A stretch of DNA of 64,000 nucleotides from an uncultured Planctomycetota bacterium. Its GTDB lineage: Bacteria > Planctomycetota > PLA2 > JAEUHO01. Below are positions 36,553 to 46,336 of this stretch, piece after piece. The notes below the pieces were generated by a model. It searched no databases, was not told where the DNA came from, and worked only from the letters and a program-made list of their open reading frames with translations. Position 1 is the first letter of the stretch; every line of letters starts with the position of its first letter. The stretch spans positions 384,001-448,000 of the forward strand of contig CAVVXN010000003.1 of assembly GCA_963752285.1 (NCBI GenBank), in the 5' to 3' direction. The position numbers were made by a program, and so were the translations under genes.

Positions 36553-37413
36553 ATGGCATCCGGAAACGTCATCGAGGTCACGGACGGCTCGTTCGAGAGC
36601 GACGTCATCGCCCGCTCGCACCAGGTGCCGGTCCTGGTGGACTTCTGGGCGCCGTGGTGCGGTCCGTGCCGCATCCTCTCGCCGATCCTCGAGAAGCTGG
36701 CCGACGAGATGGCGGGCGCGTTCCTGCTCGCCGAGGTGAACACCGACGAGAACCCGGGCCTCGCCGCGGCGTTCCAGATCCAGAGCATCCCCACGGTGCA
36801 CCTCCTGAAGGACGGGCGCGTCGTGGACGGCTTCATGGGCGCGCTGCCGGAGGTGAAGGTCCGCGCGTTCCTCGAGCCGCACGTGAAAGGCCAGCCGGAG
36901 CATGCCGACGAGGTCGCGCGCGCCCGGGACCTGCTGGAGCGCGGGAAGACCGCCGAGGCCCGCGCCGCGTTGCGGTCGCACCTCGAGAAGAGCCCCGGAG
37001 ACGCGGCGGCACGCCTCCTCGCGGCGCGGGCCGCCCTCGACGCCGGCGACGAGGCCGGCGCGCGCGCCGAGCTCGACGCGATCCCCGAAGAGGCCGAGAC
37101 CGAGCGCCGCGAGGGGGAGCGGCTTCGCGGGGCGCTCCAGTTCCGTTCCGCCTGCGGCGAGGGCGAGGCCCACTGGCGGGCCCGGCTCGCCGAGGCGCCC
37201 GAGGACCTCGCCGCGCGCTACGCCCTCGGCTGCTGTCTGGCCGCGAACGGGCGCCACGAGGAGGCCCTCGCCGCGCTGCTCGAGGTCGTGAAGCGCGACA
37301 AGACGTTCGAGGACGGCGCCGCGCGAAAGGCGATGGTCGCGATCTTCGGCCTTCTCGGACCCGGCAGCGACCTCGCGCAGCGCTTTCGAAAGCAGCTCGT
37401 CATCTACCTCTGA
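36553..37413 (+). CDS. cnoX: Thioredoxin-TPR chaperedoxin (CnoX/YbbN family)
   Basis: VLVDFWAPWCGPC, QSIPTV, DGFMGALPE, TPR C-terminus (DGAARKAMVAIFGLLG..RFRKQL). Confidence 0.9.
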   Translation: MASGNVIEVTDGSFESDVIARSHQVPVLVDFWAPWCGPCRILSPILEKLADEMAGAFLLAEVNTDENPGLAAAFQIQSIPTVHLLKDGRVVDGFMGALPEVKVRAFLEPHVKGQPEHADEVARARDLLERGKTAEARAALRSHLEKSPGDAAARLLAARAALDAGDEAGARAELDAIPEEAETERREGERLRGALQFRSACGEGEAHWRARLAEAPEDLAARYALGCCLAANGRHEEALAALLEVVKRDKTFEDGAARKAMVAIFGLLGPGSDLAQRFRKQLVIYL

Positions 37414-37779
37414 CGCGGCCCCCTCCGTCCAGGGGCGACCGCCCGGGTTGGACACACCGAGGGCGCCGCGGACCGCGTGGACCCTGGGAACGTGCCCGCA
37501 ACCCGGGTCCGATGTCGCCCTCGTCCTTTGTAGCGGGTCGCGTCTCCCATCGCCGGCGCACTCGAGGGCCGGCGGAGGGGCCGCCTCGGCGCACGCCCCG
37601 GCAACGCCGGACCCTCCGGGGCTCGGACGCTGCGGTCCCGGTGCGGGCGGCGGCCGTCGTGTGCGCGCGCACGGCGGTGTGCCGGGTTGCGGCGCGCGGG
37701 GCGCGGCGGTGGAATGGGAGGCCTCGTAGACCCGGGCCGGGCGCGGGAGCCTGGGGCCCAGGCCGGGACGGGGGGATCG

Positions 37780-40700
37780 GTGTCCGACGGGTCGGACCGC
37801 GGCAGAGGCTCGTCTCACCACGACCCGGACGCCGCCCGACGCCGCCGCGCGGACGAGGCGCTGAGACGGCTCGAGCGGGCGGCGATGAACGACGTGGACC
37901 TCCCGCCGCGCGTGCGCTCCGAGGTGATCGAGGCGGTCGCGGAGCAGCGCCGACGTCTCGCCGAGGCGGACGCCGGGGCGCGCGATCGGGCGCGCGAGGC
38001 CGCGCCCCCCGCACCCCTCCCGCCGCTCCCGCTTTCGCCGCCCCTTCCCCCGCCGTCGTCGCCGGCGCCGCCGCTTCCGTCGTTCGTGCGAGAAGAGGAC
38101 ACCGCGCCGCCGGCCCGCGCGGCGCACGCGGGAACGGTCGAGCGCGACGAACCCGCGACCGCGCGCCGGCCCTCCGGCCCGTCGGTCTGGGAGCGGCTCT
38201 CGCCCGCGTTCGCCGAGAACCTCGCGTTCGGGCTCGCGGCGTTCCTCATGGTCGCGGCGGCGGTCTACTTCGTCACGACGGCGTGGGCGACCATGACGGG
38301 GTCGGAGCGGCTCCTCGTCGCGGTGGGGGGGCTCGACTTCGTCGGCGCGCTCCTCGTCCTGGCGGCGAGGCTCCTCTCGAGGAGCGCGCCCGACCTCGCG
38401 TCCGTCGAGCGGGTCCTCCTGTGGATCGTCGCGTTCTTCGTGCCCCTCGCCGCCGTCCCCGCGGGGCAGCTCCTCGAGACCGACCTCGCGACGGGACTCG
38501 TCGCCGCGCTGCTGGTGGTCGGCCCGGGGGCGGTCGCGATCCGCTCGCTCGCGCGGGCGACCGACGCGCGGCTGCTTCGCCCGCTCGCGTCGGGTCTCGG
38601 CGCCCTCGTGCTGCTGGTCCTCCTGGGGGGGATGGGCGCCGGAGCGCCCGTCTTGTGGACGACCGCGGCCGCCGCCTCCTTGCTCGGCGGGACCTGGCTT
38701 CTCGCGCGCCGCGTGCCCCGGCTCGGAGCGAGCCCGGGCACCCTCGTCGCGACCCTCGCTTCGTTCACGTTCGCGGCGCTGGTCGTCGCGGGACGCGTCG
38801 CCCTGGCCGCGGGGACGCCGGCCGTGGCGATCCTCGGGATCCCTCCCGCCGCCGCGGCGCTCGCGCTCGCGTGGCTGGACGTCGCGAAGGCGCGCGCCGG
38901 GTCGCTCGCCGAGGGCCGGGCCGGGCACGCCGGCGACGCCGAGGGCGTCGCGTGGCGCGGCGTGGCCCTCGCGCTCGCGGTCGGCGGCGCGGTGGTCGCG
39001 ATGGGAGACCCCCTCGCGCTCCTGGTCGCGGCGGGCCTCGGCGCCGCGGGCGCGCTCCTGGCCGCGTCCCGCCTCCCCTCGACCTGGCTCCTCCTGCCGG
39101 GCCTCGCGCTCTCGGCCGTGGCGTACCTGAGGACGCCGGCGCCCGTGCGGGAGCTCGTCGCCGCGCTCCGGGACCGCGCGTCGCACGCGCTGGGCTACGT
39201 GTCGCGCCCGATGCCGCTCGGCTACTACGGTGTCACGTTCGTGCCCTACCTGGTCGCGACGGGGCTCTTCGCGTGGCGACTCCATCGCGCCGGCAGGGCG
39301 GCGCGCGCCCGCGTGCTCCTCGCGTGGACCGTCGCGCTCGGAGCGGGGCTCGTGGTCCTCGCGCTCGCGACCAGCGGGTACCCGCCGGGCACCGACCTCC
39401 GCGCGCCGGCGGCCGTCCTCGCGCTGCAGGGCGCGCTCTGGATCGGGCTGGCGGCGCTCCTCGACCGATGGGCGCTCGCGCGGGTGGGCGGCGTCGCGGC
39501 GGTCGGCGCGGTCGTGGCGATGCTCCGGCACGTCCACGCCGCGGCGCCCGCGGCCGTCCTCGTGCTGTCGGCGTCGGGGCTCGTCGCGCTCGTGCCCGGC
39601 GTGTGGCTCCGCGCCCGGCACGGCCACATCGCCCGCGAGCTCTCCCCGGTGTTCGTGGAGATCGCGACCGTGGCCGGCGCCCTCGCGACCGCCGTCGCGC
39701 TGTTCCCGATCGACGCGCTCCTCGCGGGCGACGCGCGGGTCGTCGTCGCCGCCACCGCCCTCGCGTTGCTCCTCGCGGCCCTCGCCGTCGCCTGGCGACT
39801 CGCGGGGCTCCTCGCGCTGGCGGCCCTGGCGTGGGCCGCCGCGGCCCGCGCCCTCGCCCTCGCGGCGGGGCTCTTCGGCTGGGCGCCGCTCGTCGTGGTG
39901 ACCGCGTCCGCCGCGCCGCTCCTCCTCGTGCGCGGGGCGGCGCGGCTCGGGCGTCGGATCCGCCACGCCGAGGCGCCCGCGTGGCGTCGTGGCGGACTCC
40001 ACGTCGGCGTCGCGACGCTCGTGGTCCAGGCCGTCGCGTTCGCGGCCGTTCCCGCGCCCGACCCGTGGCCGCTCGCGCTCTCGTTCGTCCTGGCCGCGGC
40101 GATCCTCGCGCGCGCCTCGTGGCTGTCGGAGGACCGGGGCCTCGTCGCCGTGGCGGCGCTCGAGGCTCTCGCGGCCGGCCCCGCCCTCGCGCGGGCGTCG
40201 GGCGGCGAGGTGCTCGGCGCGCCCGGGCTCCTCGGGCTCGCGCTCGCGACGGGGGCGCTCGCGGCGTGGCTCCGCGTCCTCGACGCTCGCACCGGGCGGC
40301 GCCGGCTGCCGCCCGAGGGGGTCGCCGCGGTCGTCGCGCTGGGCGTCTGGGCGACCTTCCTCGGCGCGATCCTCGTCGTCGCCACGGTGGCGAGCCGCGG
40401 CGCGCCACCGGCGGACGGGCTCCTCGTCGCCGCGGCGGGCCTCGTCGTCCTGACAAGCGTCCGCGCGTTCGGGACGCGAGCGGCCGGCGGGCTCCGTCAC
40501 GACCTCGAGGTCGCGACCGGTCTTCCCGCGGGGCTCCTCCTCGGGTTCGTCGCGTGGGGGATCCTCTTCGCCGCGGGCGCCCCCGACGACCTCTACCCGC
40601 TCGGCGCGATCGCCGCGGCGGCGGCGCTCCGTGTCTCCCCGCGCGGCTGTGAGGCCGACGGCGTCGCCGCGTTCCTGCTCGGGCTCGGCGCGCTCGCGCT

Positions 40701-42750
40701 GGCGTCGGTCCTCGCGGTGGGGGGGGCGGGGTCCCCGGGCGCGCTCCTCGTGGCGTACGCGCTCCTCGCGCTGCTCGGCTGGCTCGGCGTCGCGCGCGCG
40801 CCGGTCGCCGACGGAACGCTTCTGCTCCTCGCGCTGCTCCTCGGGTCGTCGCTTCTCGTCGCCGATCGCATGGTCGGTCTTCCGCTCCGCGACCAACCGA
40901 CGCTCTGGCTCCTCTTCGCGGCCGCCGCGGGCGTGCTCACGACGTGGCGCCCCGCGCGCGTCCCGTCCGCCGCGGCCGCGGTCGTCGCGGGACCGATCGT
41001 GGCCGTGGCCGCCGCGTTGGGCGTGGTCCTCGCCGTGCTGCTCTCCGCCGAGGAGATGACGTTCCCAGGCGGCCACGCGATGCGCCTCGCGCTCGCGGTC
41101 CGCGTGGCCGCCGTGGCCTTCCTCGCCGCCGCGATCGCGGCGCGCCTCTACGTGCGACCGGCGTGGCGCGGCCTCCTCACGCTCGGGGGGCTCGTCGTGG
41201 CCGGGGCGATCGTCGCGCCGCTGAACGCCGTGCTCCACGGTGCGTTCCGGCTCTCCGTCCGAAGCGTGCTCGCCTCGGCCTCCCCCCTGGGCGCGTACGC
41301 GGCCGCCACGTGGCGGCCCGACGTCGAGATCGCGGCCGTCGCGACCCTCGTCGCGTTCGCGATCCCGCGCCGGAGCGGCCGCGGACGCCGACGTCTCGGC
41401 GCGCTCGAGAGCGAGGAGGTCGTCTCTGCGGTGCTCCTCGTGCTGGCGCTCCTGCTCACGGGCGCGGAGTGGGCCGACCCGAGCACCCCCGCGGCGGCGT
41501 TCGTGCTCGCGGGCGCGGCCGCGCTCGCGTACGACCGGACCCGCCACCCCGCCTGGGCCACGACGTCGGCGCACGGGCTCCTCCTCGCGGCGGCGCTCCT
41601 CGTGCCGTTCTTCGCCGGCGAGGCGAGGCTCACGGGCGACACCGCCCTTCGTCTCGCGGCCGTCTTCGCGGGCCTCGCGTGGCTCCTCGGCGCGGTCGTG
41701 CTCGCGCTCCGAAGGCCGCGCGCGGGAACCGGGCCGGCGCGCGCCGCCCTCGGTCGCGCGGCCGTCACGGCGGCCTGGCTCGCGCCCGGCGCGGTCGTGG
41801 CCGACCTCTTCGCGTCCGGACGGGCGCCGGCCTCGCCGGCGGAGACGGCGCTTGCGGTCGGCGCCCTGCTCCCGACGCTCGTCCTGTGGGCGCTCTCGGT
41901 GGCGCGCCGGCCGCGCGCCGCCTCGCTCCACGGCGCGCTCTCGACCTTCGTCGTGCTCTTCGCGTTCCTGCGGCTCCGAACCGGCGCGCTCTTCTTCGAC
42001 GCGACGCTCGACGTGCACGCGCTCGCCGTGCTCGGTCTCACGCTGCTCGTCCTCGACGGCTGGGTTGGCGAGCGACTGCGCGTCCCGCTGGTGCTGGACG
42101 GGCTCCTCCTCGCCGTCCCGGTCGTGCTGCGGGGGTGCTTCGCGGTCGTCGGCTCGCTCCCACCCGACCCGAACGCCGCGTCCGGGCTCGCGCTCGGGGC
42201 GGCCATCGCCGCGCTCGCCGGACGGCGGCTCCGTCGCGAAGGGCTCGTCTGGCTCGGCGCCGGTCTCGCGAACCTCGCCGTGTTCGCGCTCTGGCGTCAG
42301 CACGGCCTCGTCGATCCCGCGCTCTACGGCGCGCCCCCGGGTCTGACGCTCCTCGTGGCGGCGGAGCTGCTCCGGCGGCGGATCGCGCCCGCGGCCCGCG
42401 CGGCGCTCGTCGTCCCGGGCATCGCGCTGCTCTACGGCTCGGTGTGCGTGCAGGTGCTCCGGGTCGAGGAGCCCGTGCACGCGGTCGTCCTCTTCGGGCT
42501 CGGCCTCGTGACGGCGGTCGTGGGCTATGCGCGCGGGCGAAACGCCTGGCTGGTGACGGGCGTGGTCGCGATCGTGCTCGACGTCGTCGGGTACCTCGCG
42601 CGCCACGGGTTCGCGAAGAGCTTCGTCGGCGCGGGCCTGCTCCTCCTCGCGGGCCTCGCGGTCCTGGCCCTCGCCACGGCCGTCACGCGCCGCCGCCGCC
42701 GCGCGCTGCCCCGCCCCGCGCCCGGCGAGGCGTCCGGCGGGGAGGGATGA
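37780..42750 (+). CDS. Very large polytopic membrane protein of unknown function
   Basis: About 1650 aa open frame, Pro-rich N-terminal linker then dozens of Ala/Leu/Val/Gly-rich hydrophobic segments; start uncertain (37714 ATG or 37780 GTG). Confidence 0.75.
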   Translation: MSDGSDRGRGSSHHDPDAARRRRADEALRRLERAAMNDVDLPPRVRSEVIEAVAEQRRRLAEADAGARDRAREAAPPAPLPPLPLSPPLPPPSSPAPPLPSFVREEDTAPPARAAHAGTVERDEPATARRPSGPSVWERLSPAFAENLAFGLAAFLMVAAAVYFVTTAWATMTGSERLLVAVGGLDFVGALLVLAARLLSRSAPDLASVERVLLWIVAFFVPLAAVPAGQLLETDLATGLVAALLVVGPGAVAIRSLARATDARLLRPLASGLGALVLLVLLGGMGAGAPVLWTTAAAASLLGGTWLLARRVPRLGASPGTLVATLASFTFAALVVAGRVALAAGTPAVAILGIPPAAAALALAWLDVAKARAGSLAEGRAGHAGDAEGVAWRGVALALAVGGAVVAMGDPLALLVAAGLGAAGALLAASRLPSTWLLLPGLALSAVAYLRTPAPVRELVAALRDRASHALGYVSRPMPLGYYGVTFVPYLVATGLFAWRLHRAGRAARARVLLAWTVALGAGLVVLALATSGYPPGTDLRAPAAVLALQGALWIGLAALLDRWALARVGGVAAVGAVVAMLRHVHAAAPAAVLVLSASGLVALVPGVWLRARHGHIARELSPVFVEIATVAGALATAVALFPIDALLAGDARVVVAATALALLLAALAVAWRLAGLLALAALAWAAAARALALAAGLFGWAPLVVVTASAAPLLLVRGAARLGRRIRHAEAPAWRRGGLHVGVATLVVQAVAFAAVPAPDPWPLALSFVLAAAILARASWLSEDRGLVAVAALEALAAGPALARASGGEVLGAPGLLGLALATGALAAWLRVLDARTGRRRLPPEGVAAVVALGVWATFLGAILVVATVASRGAPPADGLLVAAAGLVVLTSVRAFGTRAAGGLRHDLEVATGLPAGLLLGFVAWGILFAAGAPDDLYPLGAIAAAAALRVSPRGCEADGVAAFLLGLGALALASVLAVGGAGSPGALLVAYALLALLGWLGVARAPVADGTLLLLALLLGSSLLVADRMVGLPLRDQPTLWLLFAAAAGVLTTWRPARVPSAAAAVVAGPIVAVAAALGVVLAVLLSAEEMTFPGGHAMRLALAVRVAAVAFLAAAIAARLYVRPAWRGLLTLGGLVVAGAIVAPLNAVLHGAFRLSVRSVLASASPLGAYAAATWRPDVEIAAVATLVAFAIPRRSGRGRRRLGALESEEVVSAVLLVLALLLTGAEWADPSTPAAAFVLAGAAALAYDRTRHPAWATTSAHGLLLAAALLVPFFAGEARLTGDTALRLAAVFAGLAWLLGAVVLALRRPRAGTGPARAALGRAAVTAAWLAPGAVVADLFASGRAPASPAETALAVGALLPTLVLWALSVARRPRAASLHGALSTFVVLFAFLRLRTGALFFDATLDVHALAVLGLTLLVLDGWVGERLRVPLVLDGLLLAVPVVLRGCFAVVGSLPPDPNAASGLALGAAIAALAGRRLRREGLVWLGAGLANLAVFALWRQHGLVDPALYGAPPGLTLLVAAELLRRRIAPAARAALVVPGIALLYGSVCVQVLRVEEPVHAVVLFGLGLVTAVVGYARGRNAWLVTGVVAIVLDVVGYLARHGFAKSFVGAGLLLLAGLAVLALATAVTRRRRRALPRPAPGEASGGEG

Positions 42751-42843
42751 GCCGCACCCGGCCGAGCGGAGCGCGGCCTTCGTCGCCGGGGCGGGCGTCC
42801 GCGCGTGCGGGCGAATCGTCCGTGCTCGCGGCGGCGACGGCGT

Positions 42844-43371
42844 TCAACGCCCGGCCAGGCGGCGGATCGTCCCGAGGTCGAGCCGGCCCTTCGCGCCCCA
42901 GCCGGCGCGGCCCCTCGGGACCTCCGGCCGGAACGACTCGTAGAGGCCGTACGCCTCGTCGGCGAGACGCGCGGGGGTTCGCGAGCGCGCGAGGGCTTTC
43001 ATCGCGGCCGTGACGTCTTGGAGCGCCTCGCCGAGCTTCGAGGCGAGGTAGCGACGCACCGAGTCGGGGTCGATCGGCTTCTCCTTGGAGAGCGCCCGCA
43101 CGCCGCCCTCGGTACGGCGCGACGGGACGGCGCGGCCGAGGAGGTCCACCTCGATCGTGCCGCGTCGCTCCCGCTTCCGCTCCGCCTTCACGGCCGCGGG
43201 CGTGGGCGCGAAGAGGCCGAGCGCCTTCCCCTTCGCGTACGCGTTGAGCCCCGCGACGGCGCGGCCGAGCGTCAGGGCCTCCGCCTCGTCGAACCCGAGG
43301 CGCTCGGCGACCACCGCCGCCCAGAGGGTGAGCACGGCCGCGCGATTGACGTCTACGGACTCGGTCGCCAC
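42844..43371 (-). CDS. Hypothetical protein
   Basis: Host-like codon usage; motif-rich sequence (VNRAAVLTLWAAVVAERLGF, YESFRPEVP, GWGAKG). Confidence 0.7.
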   Translation of the reverse strand: MATESVDVNRAAVLTLWAAVVAERLGFDEAEALTLGRAVAGLNAYAKGKALGLFAPTPAAVKAERKRERRGTIEVDLLGRAVPSRRTEGGVRALSKEKPIDPDSVRRYLASKLGEALQDVTAAMKALARSRTPARLADEAYGLYESFRPEVPRGRAGWGAKGRLDLGTIRRLAGR

Positions 43372-43418
43372 GCCCCGATGCTACCGGCGGACGCCTCCCG
43401 ACCGGTACCCTCTGCCCC

Positions 43419-45143
43419 ATGGCGGCAGGCGGCAGGGCACTTCGGACGCTGGAGGAGACCGCGCGTCGATTCGGCGACGGCGAGGGGCAACGGAAGCTCG
43501 CGCTCCTCGCGGCGCTCGGCCGGGCGCGCCTCGCGTCGGCGGACCAGGTCCGCCGCTTCCATGACGTCCTCGGCTACCTCCGCGCGCTCCCCGACGACGC
43601 GCGCGTGCTCGCCGAGGCCGAGCGCCTCCTCGGCGCGTTTCGTCGTCGGCCCGACCTCCGCCGGCACCGCGCGGCGCTCGAGGGGTCGGGGATCGAGGGC
43701 ACGGACGTGCGCTTCCCGTTCTTCGCGCCGATGGCGCGCTGGCTCGCGGAGCGGCACGGCGAGCGACTCCACGTCGACTGGTCGTCCGTCGAAGACGACG
43801 AACGGCTGATGGGCCGCGTCTACCTCCTCGCGCTCGACGCGGAGACGCCCGGCCTCGACCACGCGGGCCTCGCCGCCCGTGCGTGGGTCCGGCGCATGAA
43901 GCGGCCCGACGAGACGGACGCCCAGTACCTCGTCCGGCGGTTCGGGAACGTCTCGTGGGACCCGACCGTGCGCGACGTGCTCTACGACGAGCTCGACCTC
44001 TCCCTCGTCCTCCGGGGCGGCGAGGGCGGCCCGTCGAAGACCCACGCGCGCCTCCCGGGCGGACGGGTCGCGTTCCAGGAGCGCCCGCTCCGGGCCGACC
44101 GGCCCGACCTCCGCCGCGAGATCCGACGGCCCCCGCGCGGCGTGCGCCGGCTCTCGCGGCGCGAGGGGGAGGCGGTCGTGGACCTTGCGAAGGAGGCGAT
44201 GGCCGTGCGCGCGCGCGACCTCGACGCGTTCGCGGGCGGCGATCCGGGCGACGTGCGGATCGTGGACGCGGGCGACGGCCTCGAGCTCGCCGTGATCGGC
44301 GTCGTCCCGACGTGGCGGATGCTCTTCGAGTGCGTGTACGGCTGGCTGATCCTCCGGAACCGCGTGCCGACGGGCTACGTGCTCACGAGCACGCTCTTCG
44401 GTTCGGCGGAGGTCGCGTACAACGTGTTCGCGCCGTGGCGCGGCGGCGACGCCGCGTGGGTGTACGGTCGCGTCCTCGCGGCGACGCGCGCGCTCTTCGG
44501 GACCGACACGTTCGCAATCGACCCCTACCAGCTCGGACACGGGAACGAGGAGGGGCTCCTCTCGGGCGCGTGGTGGTTCTACCAGAAGCTCGGTTTTTGC
44601 CCGCGCGACCCGGTCGTCGTCCGTCGGATGGAGGCGGAGCTCTCGAGGATGCGGCGCGACCCGCGGCACCGCTCGGGGCGAAGGACGCTCGAGAGGCTGG
44701 TCCACGCGTACGTGTTCCTGTCCCTCGGCCGGGCGCGTTCGGACGTCCTGGGCGTGCTCCCGCTCGGGAACCTCGGTCTCGCCGCGACGGACCTCCTCGC
44801 GCGCCGCTTCGGCTCCGACCGCGACCTCGCGGAGGCGACGCTCGCCGACGAGCTCTCGACCTGGGCCGGCGTCCGCGGCTGGCGGCGGTGGCCGCGCTTC
44901 GAGCAGGACGCGTGGCGTCACTGGAGCCCGGTCCTGGCCGCGCTCCCCGGCCTCGATCGCTGGCCGCGCCCCGATCGCCGGGCGGTCGTCGAGGTGGTCC
45001 GCGCCAAGGGCGGACCGCGCGAGTCGGACTTCGCGCGACGCTTCGACGCGCACCGCCGCCTCCGCCGCGCGCTGGTCGCCCTCGCGCGCACGTACGAGGG
45101 CGGAGCCGGGTCCCCCGCGTCTCGTCGCGGCGAACGGGGGTGA
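43419..45143 (+). CDS. Hypothetical protein, possible GNAT-like C-terminal region
   Basis: 574-aa frame with host-like codon usage; DPYQLGHGNEEGLLSGAWWFYQKLGF resembles the GNAT A..FY.KLGF motif. Confidence 0.7.
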   Translation: MAAGGRALRTLEETARRFGDGEGQRKLALLAALGRARLASADQVRRFHDVLGYLRALPDDARVLAEAERLLGAFRRRPDLRRHRAALEGSGIEGTDVRFPFFAPMARWLAERHGERLHVDWSSVEDDERLMGRVYLLALDAETPGLDHAGLAARAWVRRMKRPDETDAQYLVRRFGNVSWDPTVRDVLYDELDLSLVLRGGEGGPSKTHARLPGGRVAFQERPLRADRPDLRREIRRPPRGVRRLSRREGEAVVDLAKEAMAVRARDLDAFAGGDPGDVRIVDAGDGLELAVIGVVPTWRMLFECVYGWLILRNRVPTGYVLTSTLFGSAEVAYNVFAPWRGGDAAWVYGRVLAATRALFGTDTFAIDPYQLGHGNEEGLLSGAWWFYQKLGFCPRDPVVVRRMEAELSRMRRDPRHRSGRRTLERLVHAYVFLSLGRARSDVLGVLPLGNLGLAATDLLARRFGSDRDLAEATLADELSTWAGVRGWRRWPRFEQDAWRHWSPVLAALPGLDRWPRPDRRAVVEVVRAKGGPRESDFARRFDAHRRLRRALVALARTYEGGAGSPASRRGERG

Positions 45144-45155
45144 GGCGACCTCGCG

Positions 45156-46244
45156 TCAGCGCGAAGGCTCGGCGTGGAAGCCCTCGAAGAGCGTGTCGCT
45201 GTCGGCCTTCGTCCACAGGCCCGACCAGCCCGAGGCGAACGTGTCGTCCGTCACCTCGACCCGGTAGCCGCCGTCGAGGGTCGCCGACAGGTGGTCGCCC
45301 TGGAAGGTGACCTCCATGTCGCTCCACGTGTGGAAGGGAGGCATCGTCACCTTCTCGACGCTCTGGAGCTCGGTGCGTACCCCGTCCTTCACCACGTAGA
45401 TCCCGTAGTTGTCCTCGAGAGCGTTCGCCCGCGCGACGTAGTAGTTCTTCCCGTCCTGCGCGCGGAAGATGATGCCGCCCGATCCGTCGGTGATGCCGGA
45501 GAGGGGCATGAACCGGACGCGCACCTTCCCGTCCCGATACGCGCGTCCGGGGCCGGCGAGGAGCAGGACCGCCCAGGGGAGCGTCGTCAGGTCCTGGCGC
45601 AGCACCGCGTGGCCGTAGACGGGGTTCGGCGGCTCGACGACGTGCCAGCGCCCCTGGAACGGGACGAGACCCTCGGGGAGCTTCCCGTCGCCGGCCCGCG
45701 CTCCGAAGTCGATCGAGAACGCCGACGGCGCGCCGGCCGTGTCGATCGCGGGCAGCGGGGACGGCGTCGGTCCGACGAGCTGCATCTCCTCCATGGCCTG
45801 CTCGTCGATCGACGTCGCGTGGAGCGTCGTCTGCCGGCCGTCGCGGAGCACGACGATCTCGACGTCCTTGCCGGGCGGCTGGCTCTCGAGGAGCTTCGCG
45901 ATCGCCACGCGCCACTCGTGGTAGACGTGCCGGTCCTCGGCGCCGGCCGAGGGCGGCGACGGCACGTCGGTCCCGCCGAGACGGAGGATCAGGTCGCCGA
46001 GGTGCAGGCCCGCCTTCGCCGCGGGACCCGTCTGGACCAGGGCCGCGACGACGCTTCCCTGGTCGCCTTCGACGCCGAGCTCCTTCCGACGCTCCGGCGT
46101 GAGCAGCTGGTTCGGCTCCAGGTGCAGCCCGAGGTAGCCCTTCGGGCCGGCGGCGTCCGGCGCGTCGGCCCGCGCGAAGAGGGGCAGGGCGAGGAAGGCC
46201 GCGGCGGCGAGGAGGACGGCGAGGACGACGTGGCGAGAGGACAT
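45156..46244 (-). CDS. Secreted PDZ domain + beta-sandwich (DUF1080-like) protein
   Basis: Signal peptide from ATG 46244; GYLGL..GPAAKAGLHLGDLIL PDZ; GGIIFRAQDGKNYYVARANALEDN..GLWTKADS. Confidence 0.75.
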   Translation of the reverse strand: MSSRHVVLAVLLAAAAFLALPLFARADAPDAAGPKGYLGLHLEPNQLLTPERRKELGVEGDQGSVVAALVQTGPAAKAGLHLGDLILRLGGTDVPSPPSAGAEDRHVYHEWRVAIAKLLESQPPGKDVEIVVLRDGRQTTLHATSIDEQAMEEMQLVGPTPSPLPAIDTAGAPSAFSIDFGARAGDGKLPEGLVPFQGRWHVVEPPNPVYGHAVLRQDLTTLPWAVLLLAGPGRAYRDGKVRVRFMPLSGITDGSGGIIFRAQDGKNYYVARANALEDNYGIYVVKDGVRTELQSVEKVTMPPFHTWSDMEVTFQGDHLSATLDGGYRVEVTDDTFASGWSGLWTKADSDTLFEGFHAEPSR

Positions 46245-46336
46245 GGAGGCGCTCCGTTCCCGGGAAGGGAGGGGCAACGCGGTGACCTCGCGGCCCCCGC
46301 GCGCCCGCAGGACAGGAAGGCGGCAGGTCACGAACA

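Noticed and set aside
37432..37521. Long imperfect inverted repeat after cnoX (GGGCGAC..CCCGGGTTG / CAACCCGGG..GTCGCCC)
   Set aside because: Single copy in the window with no U tract; such pairing is easy to get by chance at this GC content.
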